This document shows, in pieces, positions 9,552 through 22,152 of a DNA stretch of 25,867 nucleotides. The notes under the pieces are model-generated. The model did no database searches and was not told the DNA's origin. It saw only the letters and a program-made list of their open reading frames with translations. A program made the position numbers and the translations under genes. The stretch covers positions 212,831 to 238,697 of the forward strand of contig CAJNUA010000035.1 in assembly GCA_905330235.1 (NCBI GenBank). The letters are read 5' to 3'. Each line of letters opens with the position of its first letter. The first letter of the stretch is position 1. Origin of the DNA: Rotaria sp. Its lineage: Eukaryota.

Positions 9552-11795
9552 ATGTGTACGTGAACCGCAGAAAAGCTAAATCACCCTTGAGACCACTACT
9601 AATGTCATACTCCTCGATATCTCATGCATCAGCTTTTTCATATGCCTCTAATGGCTTCTAGATTCAATTTATTTATTTTCGATGGTAGCTTTACCGGGCG
9701 TATTGCTACAAATAATCTTCAGCAGTAGCTATAAGATGCTACCAACTATAGAAATGAATCTCCAATTTGTACTAGCCAAATACGATTCGCATATAGAATA
9801 ACCATTTTGTTGTATATATTTTCTTTGGTTAGGAAAGGTTTGTTTTTATGATCATTTTCACTTATAAGTGCGTTGTTGTAACTTATTTTCGAATTCAAAT
9901 AATATTTAAGAACACTGGAATCTGTTGTCTAAATTTCCTTACACGCGTATTTATAATTGACAACAGAACATTGTAACCTAATAAATGATCTACAGTATGA
10001 GACTACTTTTAGTTGATAGATTGTAGTGAGAGGTCAACAAATTTTAGTAAATTGAGTAGACCGATAGAAAATATGAATGTTTATGAAAACGTCTCATTTT
10101 TTCGGTTGAAACTACGAGATAATCGTTTGGTTTAGCTTGGATTTTCCTAGATAGCAGTGAGCTAAATATGACTTTAGTCAAACAGGTAAACTTGTCGTTT
10201 AGAAACAGATAATCTAATTGTCACTTATTACTCCTCGTTGGTCACTGAAGTTTCAGCGGAAGGCTGAGCGATGTTCTATGCTAGTTTATGAAGAAAAGCA
10301 TTTATTAAGTAGTGAACTTAATTCTTCATGCGAATTTCACCATAATTTACGAAGAAGCTTTTCTAACTGATATTCTTCGTTTGATCTCATATTTTTTCAT
10401 AATTGAAGTTCACAGTTTATACGAAAACGATAAAAGAATGTGTACTATTAGACGTTTCTTCTCGAATTAAAAATATTTTACTGAATTTTCAGCCTATTGT
10501 GGAGTATTAGAAGAAAAGTCGAATCAAAGAATTTCAATCTAAAATTTGAGCCACAAATTGATCTTACGGTCTTTTAATATTCTAGAAATTTTAGTCCAAA
10601 TGAACGCTTCTTTTCCCAAATATCAGACTTGGACAAAAGCTTCTTTTTCATAAAAGACTCGAAAAAGTTCGATTTTTCTCGTAATATTTTGCAATCGACT
10701 GAAATTCAGTAAAATGATCTTAGCTCGAGAAAAACTGCTTAATAACCTAAGTCTTTTGAGAGTTTTCATATACACTATTAGTCCTAAATAATGAGAAAAC
10801 TATAAGCTTGGGTGAATGATATCAGTTGCACAAGTTTCGTCTTTAGCAAATAATAAGTTCGAAGACATAAAATCGGCCATATAGTTATTATTGGTAGAAA
10901 GTACCAGAAATGACACAGTATCATACACATATTTTTTTTTAATAAATATAATCGCATTCAAAGCGAAAGAAATATTTATCGTCAATAACAGATATTTGAT
11001 GATGATAATACGACTTAAGGGGAAAAAAGCATCTTTATCTACATTTTCCAAATACAAACGACCAGAAGAGTGTATTTTAATCTAATCAACACTCCCAATA
11101 ACGAGAAACGAAGTAGAACTTTTCAAGTCGTTCCAACTTCTCCTTGATAGACATATTTTTAAGAGGCTGGTACGCTATTCATGTGGTTATTTTATCTGTA
11201 AGTCTTTTGGAACAGATAGGAGAATTAAGTTAAAGGGTTCAAAAATCAGGGTATCGTAGTTGCAATCAGAATAGCAAACGCATTAGTTATGTAAAGATTT
11301 GTTCATTGAAATCGGTTATGCATCTTATAAAGGCTTCGAATAGATCATATTAAATATCATAGATTAAGATTAAGCTTGTTTATGCCACAACTCACCAAAA
11401 AAACACTAAAAATATTATCAATGTCATTTCAGTGGCTCCTAGGCATAAAATTATTTTATTGATCAATAGGAATTTCACAACGATACAAATACCTAATACT
11501 ATGTCATACATAAATATTCTAAAACTTCATAAGAATAACTGCTCGATACATTTTTCTTCATCTTTTAACAGAAGTACAAGTAATTAATATTTACTATTTA
11601 TTTCAAAGCAGTGGCAAATGTATTAAACTAAAGATAATGTCACGAAGAGCTTCTCTTCATATCTTTCACGCTATTCGAATAATAGTATATATCGGAATTT
11701 GAGAATATAGTTTTGAAATTAATTCCAACAAATTCAATTTTATTAAACTTTTCTTTCAATGTTCAATATTAAATAATAAAAATTGCATAACTTAC

Positions 11796-11927
11796 CAGAT
11801 GTTGAATGATAGGAGGTTTCCATCACATCGTTGATAAAGTCGTAATCGAACTCACCACCATCATCATCTAATTCTTTCGATTCTGAACGTACGTGCAACA
11901 GACGTTTTATCGGTGTTGCTTGTCTCG
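11796..11927 (-). CDS. Acidic cassette-type exon, copy 1 (132 nt, phase 1-1: RQATPIKRLLHVRSESKELDDDGGEFDYDFINDVMETSYHSTSG)
   Basis: Acceptor tttacctttag|CG and donor TCTG|gtaagt. Only one frame is open. Paralogous to the exons ending at 15157 and 18485, with shared flanks (aattgcataacttaccagatg). Confidence 0.55.
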
Positions 11928-12024
11928 CTAAAGGTAAACACAGACTCCAAGTATTGAACATTTCCATCCCAGAGTATTAAACAATATTCTCAGTTAAACC
12001 GTCTTAAAATGAGTTGTTTATCGT

Positions 12025-15000
12025 GCTGTAAGTATTTTTTCGGTTAAGTTAAATATGAACTAAATCAAGAAGTTTTCCCATTCGATTTATCATGCTAGCT
12101 CAGAGAGCTAGTTTTGAAAAAGAAATCCTGTCACTAAAGTCAATTTTTCTTTTCAAGAGAAAAAGAATTATTTTCTATCCAGAAATGTACTGAAGTCTCT
12201 TATTTTCGTACACGCATATCGAGTATTTTTAATAATTTAAGTTAATTTTTTTAGTTAGCTTATTTTGTTTTTAAATAAATGCGGTCGTTTTCTAGAAGAC
12301 TTTCAGTTTCTCGTTAAAGATAATTTTGAATGAAGTTCAGCTTTTTTTCCAAAATGTTACTAGCACTGCTCTATAGGTTGATAATTACAGCAACATACAT
12401 TGTTCCTTGAATACAATTCAAAGATAAATAAAGTTTTTCTTTATTAGTGCTTTCCGCAATTGCTCATTTGAAGAATGTCATAGGTTCTTCGACGTTTCCT
12501 ACCTCACTTTTTTGTTCTTCTTTTCACTCACTAAAAGCGAGAACTTTCGTCTCGTCATAATTTGTCAGCTTGATTTCCGTACCAAGGACAAGCAAAACTA
12601 TTTAACAATGTCGTCCGTTGTAGTGTTTCTTCAAACTTAAAACTTGTCATCAGTATAAAAACATGTTAAAGTAAAAATGGAAATTCTGTAGGAATGCAAG
12701 AATGACCTCTTCAGTTTAATATTATCCTTAATTGTATATATTTCGTAGAGAAAAATTTACTTGATTTTAGTGGAGATGTTTTGTGCATTTTGAAACCAAC
12801 AATAAGCCGACAATGACTTAATATGAACATTTCCAAGACTCTTTTACTAAGGGAGGCGAATCCTTACTGAAATTGATGTTTCCAGAACTGATGGAAATAA
12901 TCAAAAATGTTTGAGCTTTTTTTGCTATACAATCTTTCTCTCTCGGATGACTTCTAACAACTACGAAATACACGCCAATATCGATTCAATAACGTGCTAG
13001 CCGTAAAGAAACGAGATATTTCTGCAATTGTGAACTGTGACCACCTTATACATTCCAATAGTACTTATAAACTTATTGTCGCATATATTCATTTCTCGAT
13101 TTTCATTCGTTTGCTCCGTACAGCTAAAGTAGCATCAGCAAACCGTGAATGTTTCCAAAATGAATTCAGGTATCAGAATTCTTTTACAAAAAATCGCTTA
13201 AAAACGAAAAAGTGTACATAATACCTTCGAAATTCGTGCATCTCATACGCTTGTCAGAACACTACAACATGTCCAGTTCGAACTTTAAGAATGTATTTGC
13301 ATCTAGATTTACATATTGATAGTTCTGAACGGATCGATTACAACCAGCGTTGTTACCTATTCTGCTTTTTTTATTTGTTCTGAGCGTTTAGATTTCATTG
13401 CTTTTATAATTTTTAGCAATACTGTTAGATTCTACTAACTCATCTGCTCGAAAATGTCGGAATAATTCCTATTAATATTGAAATATGTTATATCTTTATT
13501 TGTCTCAAGGAATGAGTTGAACTAGTAATGCTGCTTAAACTCTGAAAATCGCATTTCATTGATTGATTTATTTCTGGTTTACCTCAACGTTCCAGCATTC
13601 GACCAGATACTCTGAAAAGACAACAGATATATAGCGCTTACTAATCAAAAATAGTTCGATTTCATTCATATGAAATAGTTTTCAAAGAGCTGTGTTTTTC
13701 AGATATTCTAATTTCGTATGAATCTCTTGTTTGTCCTATAATTTCATAAATTTTCTTTTACACATTCTAAATGAGATTGATTGGGTTTAACCGATGATGT
13801 GATCACTACCAAGACTACTGCTAAATTAACTACATCTACCTAGGTGATATTTTCATATCATTACTGATCGTTGAGTAAAAATCCCAACCCTCTTTTTGTT
13901 TATGTCTAAATATATTATAATGAAAAAACTTAATGTTAGAAATTGAGATTTAGTCATTGAGAATATATTTTGGTATCAATAAATACTTGAAGAAAGATTA
14001 TTAATTAAAACATGCTTCCTGCCTGGTAAAAGTAGAATTTCAAATTTTTTCTATTTTTTCCAAGTCATTCTCATCTTTTTGACACTAAAATTTGCAACAC
14101 TATTTTCGACTAAAGAGCTAGTCTTATCATGTCTCATGAAGCTCATCAACAACATCGTTAGTACGGGTATGCATGGGGAATACAAATTGAGATTAGTCAC
14201 AGGACCGAACTTTTTTTAGACAAATGCTAGACATATGGAACTGTATTTTACTTACTTGGGTAAATATTAAAAAAATTGTTGAAATTTTTCGAATACTTGT
14301 ACAGAAGAAGTTATAGTCATATATGTACGTATGTGATCGATGAGTGTCATTCATATGAATGTGATGCATTCAATTTTCTGTATAAAAAACACGCACGATC
14401 AGACATTGATTTTCGCACAATTATTGGGGTTCAAACCTTTTGTGTGATCGTGCACTTTTCTTCAGTTTTCAACATGAGAAAGGATGATTAATATTTACTA
14501 TTTTCTTCAAATCGATGACAACGATTGATAGTTATGACTAATTTCACGAAAAGTTTTACTTTCTGCCTTTCTTGCCACTTGAACGATGCTAGAAATTTGA
14601 ATTCGAAAGTTTAGTTTTTAAAGCGATTTAAACGAATCCAATTTTATTCAAAAGCGAACAATGTGATTTCTATGCTAGAAATCATTATAATGCGTCAAAC
14701 ATACGAATAATTACACCATGTGGTTAAAAATGATCCAAAAACCGTGAGGAGCCATGAGAACTCAATGAATACCTCCAGTAATATGATTAAGAGTAGAGAA
14801 TTGATTTCTAATGATTTCTTGTGATTTTCTTTCAATTCTAAGCATTTCCAATAACTCTCATTGTGTCGTGGTGAACTAATAAAAAACTGATTTTGGGTAA
14901 TAGAAATCACGAGAAATCAGAAACATTATTAGAAATCGAAGAAACCATGAAATAAGTTTATACGCGTTTCGTTTTATCAAACTTTTCTTGTGATAATCAC

Positions 15001-15230
15001 TACTAATAATGAAAGTTGCGTTACATACCAGATACTGAATCAGAAGACACTTCCAAAAGTTCGTCGGAGTAGACATCCATATCATCATCTTCGCTGTCTT
15101 CATCATCTAATTCTAAAAGTTGTTCTAATGAATGCTTTGTTGCTGCAGGTTTCTTGTCTAAAAGCAAACGCAGATATTTTTTCGCTTCAACGACATTGTA
15201 TTATCTTAATCACTATGAAATAAATATTAC
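12025..15230. repeat. Tandem segmental duplication, copy A (about 3.2 kb; includes acidic exon copy 2)
   Basis: Long stretches are roughly 85-90% identical to 16205-18560, for example 12418-12510 with 16570-16700 and 12990-13330 with 17102-17440. The plus-strand ORFs 12994..13221 and 17106..17399 are paralogous. Copy A has extra segments at about 13426-13800 and 14520-14990 that copy B lacks. Confidence 0.8.
15029..15157 (-). CDS. Acidic cassette-type exon, copy 2 (129 nt, phase 1-1: KKPAATKHSLEQLLELDDEDSEDDDMDVYSDELLEVSSDSVSG)
   Basis: Acceptor gcttttag|AC and donor TCTG|gtatgt. Only one frame is open. Confidence 0.55.
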
Positions 15231-16204
15231 AGCGAATATTTATCACTACAGTTGTAAATACAAAGATTATTGGTTTTAGATACGATTCTTATATATGGAT
15301 ATGTCGTTCAAGAAAAATAATTCCAGTTATCATTTTCCAAGCACCACTGATGCAAAAGAACGATGGTTTAAATAAATAACTAAGATGCTCGAAACTCAAA
15401 CCTTTCAAAACATCTGATATTTTTACAATTTATAAATCATTGGATAGAAATGAACGACTTGTTTCGAGATATCAGTGTTGTAGCCATGATAGTGAACACA
15501 GAGAGTAAAACGCATAGAGAATATTGAGTATTGAAAAATTGAGTACTTTTTTAAATGATGCTAAGAGAATTAACCTCCTTAATTTATATACTCTCTAAAA
15601 AATTCGACTAGAATATTCATTAGTTAGCATGAAAAATCAAATATACAAAAAAAAACACACTTTTTATATTGTTGACACATAACTTTCTTCAAAACTATGT
15701 TGACCAAGAGAAGCGAATAAAGTTTGGACGGGTTTCACTTAAGAAAACAATATTTTAGGTTAAGAGGAATCATTTTTCATTTTATTTCTTAATTTTCGAA
15801 GAAAAAATGACTTTTGTTTTCAATACCATCAACAAAATTTTTAAAGAATGATCTTCTCTTTGTAGAATTTTCACAAGAATTTGTTTCGAAATAAAATGAA
15901 TAAGATATTCAAAATTTGCGTAGAAAGCCACATGAAACAGCATGTTGTTTTATTGCAGGCATGTTTTTTATGATTTATGTACTTCGTAAATTTATTCTGC
16001 ATATTGTATTCGTTTTATTTGGACACAAATTCCTAATGAAAAAAGTCTCTAAGTTGAGAGACTTTTTAAAGAATTTTATTACTGATGTTGAAAAAAGTGG
16101 ATTTCTTAGCGAAAAGTTAGAATAAATACAAACACATATTTCACATCATTTTCAACTGACTCAAAGCTAAACTAAAGTATAACAATGTGCCACACTTCTT
16201 AACT

Positions 16205-18560
16205 TAGAAAGTTAGATATTTTTTCGACTAAGTTACATATGCACAATATCAAGACGAAGTTTTTCCATTCGATTTATCATGTGATCTCGAGACGTTTTTT
16301 ATGTAAAAAGAAGTGAAGAAAGTCATTTACAAAATTTGATTTTCTTTTCTATGACGAATATTAGTTGTTCTCTATAAAGAACTGCACTGAAGTTACCTCT
16401 TTCAAAATACTTATATCATCTATTTCTATTGATTTAAATCGTCTTTTTGTAGGCAGCCTGCTAATTTTTTAATATTTATAGCCATTTTCTGGAAGACTAT
16501 CAAGCTTTTGTTCAAGATGATCTTGAACGAAGCTCAGTCTTTTTTCAAACTATTGAATAGTGTTCCTGAAATACAATTAAGAGATAAATAAAGTTTTTCT
16601 TTATTAGTGCTTTCAGCAATTGTTGCTTAAAAATTCATTTGAATCTCTTTTTATAGAAACATAAGTTTTCGTTTGAAGAATGTCATAGGTTCTTCGAGGT
16701 TTCATACTACAGTTAACTATGTCATCCGTTGGAGCGTTTCTTCAAACTTAAAACTTGTCATCAGTATAAGAACATGTTAAAATAAAAATGAAAATTCTGT
16801 AGGAATGCAAGAATGACCTCTTCAGTTTAATATTATCCTTAATTGTATATATTTCGTAGAGAAAAATTTACTTGATTTTAGAGGAGATGTTTTGTGCATT
16901 TTGAAGCCAACGATAAGTCGACAATGACTTAATATGAACCTTTCCAAGATTCTTTTACCAAAGAAGGCGAATCCTTACTGAAATCACTTTTTCGAGAACT
17001 TGTGCAAATAATCAAGAATTTCTGAGCTTTTCTTTGCTAAACAATCTTTCTCTCTCGGATGACTCATAACAAGTACGAAATACACGCCAATATCGATTCA
17101 ATAATGTGCTAGCCCTAAAGAAACGAGATATTGGTGAAGTTGTGAACTGTGACCACCTTATACATTCCAATAGTACTTATAAACTTATTGTCGCATATAT
17201 TCATTTCTTGATTTTCATTTGTTTGCTCCGTACAGCTAAAGTAGCATCAACAAATCGTGAATGTTTCCAAAATGAATTCAGCTATCAGAATTCTTTAAAA
17301 AAATCGCTTATACACGAAAAAAGAGTATGTAATACCCTCGAGTTTCATGCATCTCATACAGCTGTCAGAACACTACAACATGTCCAGTCCGAACTTTGAG
17401 AATGTATTTGCGTCTAGATTTACATATTGATAGTCCTGAATGGATCGATTACAACCAGCGTTGTCACCTATTCTGCTTTTTTTATTTGTTCTGAGCGTTT
17501 AGATTTCACTGCTTTTATAATTTTTAGCAATACTGTTAGATTCTACGTACTGCTAAATTAACTACATCTACCTAGGTGATATTTTCATATCATTGCTGAT
17601 CTTTGAGTAAAAATCCCAACTCTCTTTTTGTTTATGTCTAAATACATTATAATAGGAAAACTCAATGTTAGTAATTGAGATTTAGTCATTGAGAGTATCT
17701 TTTATTACCAATAAATACTTGAAGAAAGATTATTAATTAAAATATGCTTCCTGCTTGGTGAAAATAAAATTTCAAAAGTTTTCTATTTTTTCCAAGTCAT
17801 TCTCATCTTTTTGACACTAAAATTTGCAACACTATTTTCGACTAAAGAGCTAGTCTTATCATGTCTCATGAAGCTCATCAACAATATCGTTAGTACGGAT
17901 ATGCATGGGGAATACAAATTGGGATTATTCATGGTATCGAACTTTTTTTAGACAAATGCTAGACATCTGGAACCGTTTTTTACTTGTTTGGGTAAATGTT
18001 AAAAAAAATTGTTGAAATTTTTCGAATATTTGTACAGGAGAAACTAGGGCCATATATATATGATATATGAGTCTCATTCATATGAATGAGATACATTCAA
18101 TTTTCTTTTAAAAGAACATGCATGGTCAGATATTGATTTTCTCACAATTATTGAAGTCCAAAACTTGTGTGTGATCGTGCGTTTTTCTTTAGTTTTCAAA
18201 ATGAGAAAGGATTTATCATACGTCAAGAATAAGAATATTTACTCTAAGCAGTTAAAAACTGTAGAATACTCTCAGAAGTTAGTAAAACTCATTAAATATG
18301 TTTGATTTTATCAAAATCAGCTCGTGATGTTTGCTACCGATAATAAAAGTTGCATAACTTACCAGATGCCGAATAGAAGGAAGTGGCTATGTTAATATCG
18401 TCCCAGTCGAAACCCACATTAACGTCTTCAATATGTGATTCTAACTGTTGTTGTAATAAGCTCTCTTCTGAATCAAGTTCCTCGTCTAAAAACAAACACA
18501 GATAAGTTTTTTCTCTTCAACGTTATTGTATTCTCTCATTCACGGGCATTGGTATGGATG
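16205..18560. repeat. Tandem segmental duplication, copy B (about 2.35 kb; includes acidic exon copy 3)
   Basis: See copy A. An approximately 1 kb unique spacer (15230-16205) separates the two copies. Confidence 0.8.
18363..18485 (-). CDS. Acidic cassette-type exon, copy 3 (123 nt, phase 1-1: EELDSEESLLQQQLESHIEDVNVGFDWDDINIATSFYSASG)
   Basis: Acceptor ttgtttttag|AC and donor TCTG|gtaagt. Only one frame is open. Confidence 0.55.
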
Positions 18561-20280
18561 TGGATGATTGCCTTCATTTCATCCGCACATCTACATCCTC
18601 AGTGTCGATTTTTTGTCTTATTTTTTAATTAGTAAATGATTTATCATGACCGAATTCAGGAAAATACGCACTACGTCAACATTCATATATCATAACTTAA
18701 ATTTTATATTTCTTTTGAATGTACACCATTTCGAATTTAAATATTCTGGTTATGAAAGTTAGACTATAGAGTTCTTTCACAATATTCAAGCAATTCCATT
18801 TAATATCATTTCATGAAAACTCTAAAATGAGTTCTCACTTTCTTTCGAGTTTCGAAAATGCAATACAATGACAGAGCACATGTAGTGAGTTGTTCAATTC
18901 CACTTTCAGTCGTTTAAAGTGTCAGATTTTCATAAACTCAACCAGAAGTATGATAATTACGTGAAGTCATTGCCTATTGTGTTGAATTTGCATTTCATGC
19001 ACGGATTCATGCCAACACAAACTATATTCTTTTCAGTTCTGTATCTAGGGTTCATAAACTTCAAATACAAAGCCACTTAGTACTAATTCAGTTTTGTTAT
19101 CTTCGCGATTTGCTAGATCAATATGCAATTTGACGTGCTTGTTTTTTTTTTTATCTCAGATTATTGTCAAAGAACTACAATTTAGAATAATGAATTCATA
19201 AAGTTAAAAGCAGTTAGATTTGATCATAAGTCTTTTTGGGAAAATTTATGATGCCATGAGTATTTAAACATTAGATTTTTAAAAGTTTTTCTTAACCATT
19301 TCGATTTACTTCTTAGATTTCTTTTCGTAAATCAATTTCTTTCAACTGATCCATTTTTCATTGTTTATTTACTCTTATTATAAAAATTTTGTTAAAGTTT
19401 CAAAAACATATTTTGTCAGTAGAAACTTAACAACAACAGACTCGAAGTAAAATGATCATTATTCGAGACTAGACTAATGATAAAATTTGTTTTTACTTCA
19501 ATAACTGCTAGGAATATCTACTAAAATTTGAATTGTGTGCTCATAAATAATAAATGATACTAAATATCTTGAAAAAAAAAGAAACAACCTAATTCAACTA
19601 TTCTGTGGTTTCCTACTTAGTTAATTTGTTTAACTGAATGAATAAAATGGTTTCTTCATGATTGTTTCATAGATGACATGCTACACCGATATCGATAGTG
19701 GAGTTGACAACATAGTACTTCTGTGCATCTTATTCCAAAAGCAGTCGACTAAGTCTGTCAAAGATCTATATATGCCTCACGAATATGTTATGGAATTGTC
19801 ACGATTTTTCTTAGATCTATTGCGATTCACATGATACTAACAATTTGTTTTTTATTTTTTACATTGAATTCAAATGTTGCAAATTCATGCTAGATATCAG
19901 GCCCTCTCTCACTCTAATCGAATAGTGTTAAGAGTTATTCGATTGTTGTATGTGGTTGATTCTTTTGCAATTTTGCGAATCTAATCCAAAAATAAGCTCC
20001 GTTTTATTCTTAACTTCTAGATAAAAGACGAATTGGTCATGTCACAATAGAATGCTCACATCAAACGACACTTTTTGTTTTTTTAAATTTTACTATATAA
20101 CCAAGAAAGTTTCGACGAATATTGAGAGAAAAACCACCATTTAAGATTGAAAGATTGAAACGAAACTGCTCAAACGCTATGATATATACAAACCAAGGAA
20201 TTCAATTCTTTTGTCCGTCACTTTAAGAATGGACAGCATCTCTAAATTTTCATTTTGATCTAAATCATATGATCATCCTC

Positions 20281-20292
20281 TCTCTCTCTCTC
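20281..20292. repeat. (CT)6 dinucleotide microsatellite
   Basis: tctctctctctc, read directly. Confidence 0.9.
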
Positions 20293-20345
20293 GTTTGAGA
20301 TATTTAGAGTTTAAATGATCGAGTTCCACTTACGACTCTTCTTAC

Positions 20346-20368
20346 CATCATAGTCGGCGAATAGTTGA
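20346..20368 (-). CDS. VWA5A: VWA5A-like gene, 23-nt micro-exon (CQLFADYD), or the start of a terminal exon 20311..20368 ending …DGKKSRKWNSII*
   Basis: Acceptor ctcttgtag|T supplies the third nucleotide of the phase-2 codon left by exon F. Downstream there is both a donor GATG|gtaaga in phase 1 and an in-frame TAA at 20311-20313 if the donor is ignored. Confidence 0.35.
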
Positions 20369-20427
20369 CTACAAGAGAATGAACACAATATTATATTTTG
20401 AATATTTTCTTCCTTTCTTTTACATAC

Positions 20428-20524
20428 CATTCGTCACTTGTAATCATCAAATTGTTAGCTTCACATTGTTGTTGTAGTGCTTGCTGTTTTTCTGCCGTTG
20501 CACTAATAATTTCGATCTCTATAT
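20428..20524 (-). CDS. VWA5A: VWA5A-like gene, exon F (DIEIEIISATAEKQQALQQQCEANNLMITSDE)
   Basis: Acceptor aaataaatag|AT fits phase 1 from exon E. Donor GAATG|gtatgt leaves phase 2. Confidence 0.5.
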
Positions 20525-20582
20525 CTATTTATTTTTTGAATATTAATGTATTTGAATATCTATTCTAGATTAACTAACATAC

Positions 20583-20891
20583 CATTTTTCATTTTATCTT
20601 CGAGTTCATTTGCTTTTTCGTGCTCGTTCAATGAATAACGATACGTATGAATAATAGCCATCATCGTATCAAATTTTGCATCACCACCAGCTTGATAGGA
20701 AATTTTTTCACAAAGTTTTTCAACATCAGCAACTGATTCGTTTTTGCTTTGAATCGATGCACTTTCGAGTGAAATACGTGCATCAATCAATTTTTGTTTC
20801 ATCGAAGCTAAATTTGATACATCACCATCCCATCCGATGTATGGTAACAGGTCAACATCTCGATCAAGCATAACATCAAGCAGACGAACAC
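20583..20891 (-). CDS. VWA5A: VWA5A-like gene, exon E (GVRLLDVMLDRDVDLLPYIGWDGDVSNLASMKQKLIDARISLESASIQSKNESVADVEKLCEKISYQAGGDAKFDTMMAIIHTYRYSLNEHEKANELEDKMKN)
   Basis: Acceptor tttctgttatag|GT and donor AATG|gtatgt. Frame matches ORF 20560..20871. Confidence 0.8.
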
Positions 20892-21185
20892 CTATAACAG
20901 AAAGTACATAATGTAGATATTCTCATTAATAATATGAATTAGAAAAAAAATCAACTTATTGAAGTAAGGTATAAAGATAAAATGATCATCATTTAGACAA
21001 AACTGAAATACAACTTGAATACAGGCACTTCAGTTATGACGGTATCAACATTTTTGACCTTCGTATCCAGCTCTAGACATTTAGCTCATTGTATAAGAAG
21101 CATGTAGATAAATTTTTCCTTTTTGTACTGTTGTGTTACTAATCAATTATTAAGACTATCTATACAATTTTAGATTTCTACTAAC

Positions 21186-21960
21186 CTGGTTGAAGTGTTC
21201 GTGCAACTGTTTTAGTATGACGTTCTTCGATGGCAACAAAACTAGTGTATTCACTGACAACAGAATGTTTGATGCTTAGATCGATAAGATCTCGTTTACA
21301 GTGAACTTTGATCAATTCATTTTCGCTCTCGTCCACATGCAATAATCCATTTTCATAATCGTCAATTATCGCTCGAGCAGTTAGACAATGTAGAATACGT
21401 CCTCGGGTTGTTGTCATAGTACTGCTAAATACAGTTGTAACAAATTCTTGTCCATCGATAGTAGCCGTCAATATTGCCTTATGGCAGTTTTGTATGAATC
21501 GATAGACACTAATTCGCATACCGTTGAACAAGGATCGAATCATTTTCGGTGCTTGCATATTGAATTTTTGTTCTTCATCTAAATGACCATGCCAATCGAT
21601 TGATATACTTGTAATACACGGTTGTCGAATATGTTCGAGAATGTTCAATACTTTCGTTTTCCATTTTGATCGATAGTTCGAATCGAATATTGTTGCTAGA
21701 CCACCTCCACTTGCTCCACGAGCTAATTGTTTTAAAGCATGCTTGTCAGCAACATTACCTATTGCACATGTAAATAGACGATCACGACACATAATCGATT
21801 GATGTTCGAGTAGTGTAAGAATTGATTTGAAATCATGGATATGTCCATCGGATAGAAGAATGAATTGCCGACCAAATTTCGACGATATTGATGATGGTAA
21901 AAGTGAATAACGTTGTAGAACAGAAAATAGATCGGTGTTACCGCGATGGACAAGTGAATG
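21186..21960 (-). CDS. VWA5A: VWA5A-like gene, exon D (second half of the vWFA domain plus the conserved middle region: HSLVHRGNTDLFSVLQRY…ARGASGGGLATIF…SEYTSFVAIEERHTKTVARTLQP)
   Basis: Acceptor catattctag|CAT and donor CCAG|gttagt. Frame matches ORF 21181..21792. Aligns with VWA5A GGTEILAPLQNIY…IARASGGTSEFI…SSFTAFIAINKELNKPVQGP. Confidence 0.9.
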
Positions 21961-22023
21961 CTAGAATATGTCAAATGTATAGATTTCAGTGGGAAAAAAT
22001 CATGCTCAAAGCAAATTACTAAC

Positions 22024-22097
22024 CAGAACAAAATGTTTGGCTTTGTCAAGATTCTCTTTTGTGGTTGGTGTTGAAATTGGAAAACATTCATCATTAT
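22024..22097 (-). CDS. VWA5A: VWA5A-like gene, exon C (DNDECFPISTPTTKENLDKAKHFVL)
   Basis: Acceptor ctatttag|AT and donor CTG|gttagt. Aligns with VWA5A SSYEACFPESVKYTQQTMEEALGRVKLM. Confidence 0.8.
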
Positions 22098-22152
22098 CTA
22101 AATAGTTCAAATTTGAACAGTAGAATAACACTACTGACGATCATCTTATTAC

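Noticed and set aside
12994-13221. Plus-strand ORFs 12994..13221 and 17106..17399 conserved between the two duplicated units
   Set aside because: Their conservation equals that of the surrounding non-coding DNA in the duplication. The peptides are low-complexity with no recognisable domain, and there are no splice-consistent boundaries.
20676-20873. Plus-strand ORFs 20676..20873, 22368..22571 and 22805..23062 overlapping the VWA5A-like exons
   Set aside because: They are antisense or out-of-frame shadows of the well-supported minus-strand exons E and B.
21759-22094. ORF 21759..22094 (-) of 111 aa
   Set aside because: It spans the introns and exon C of the VWA5A-like gene in the wrong frame. 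The real coding frame there is the 74-nt exon C.
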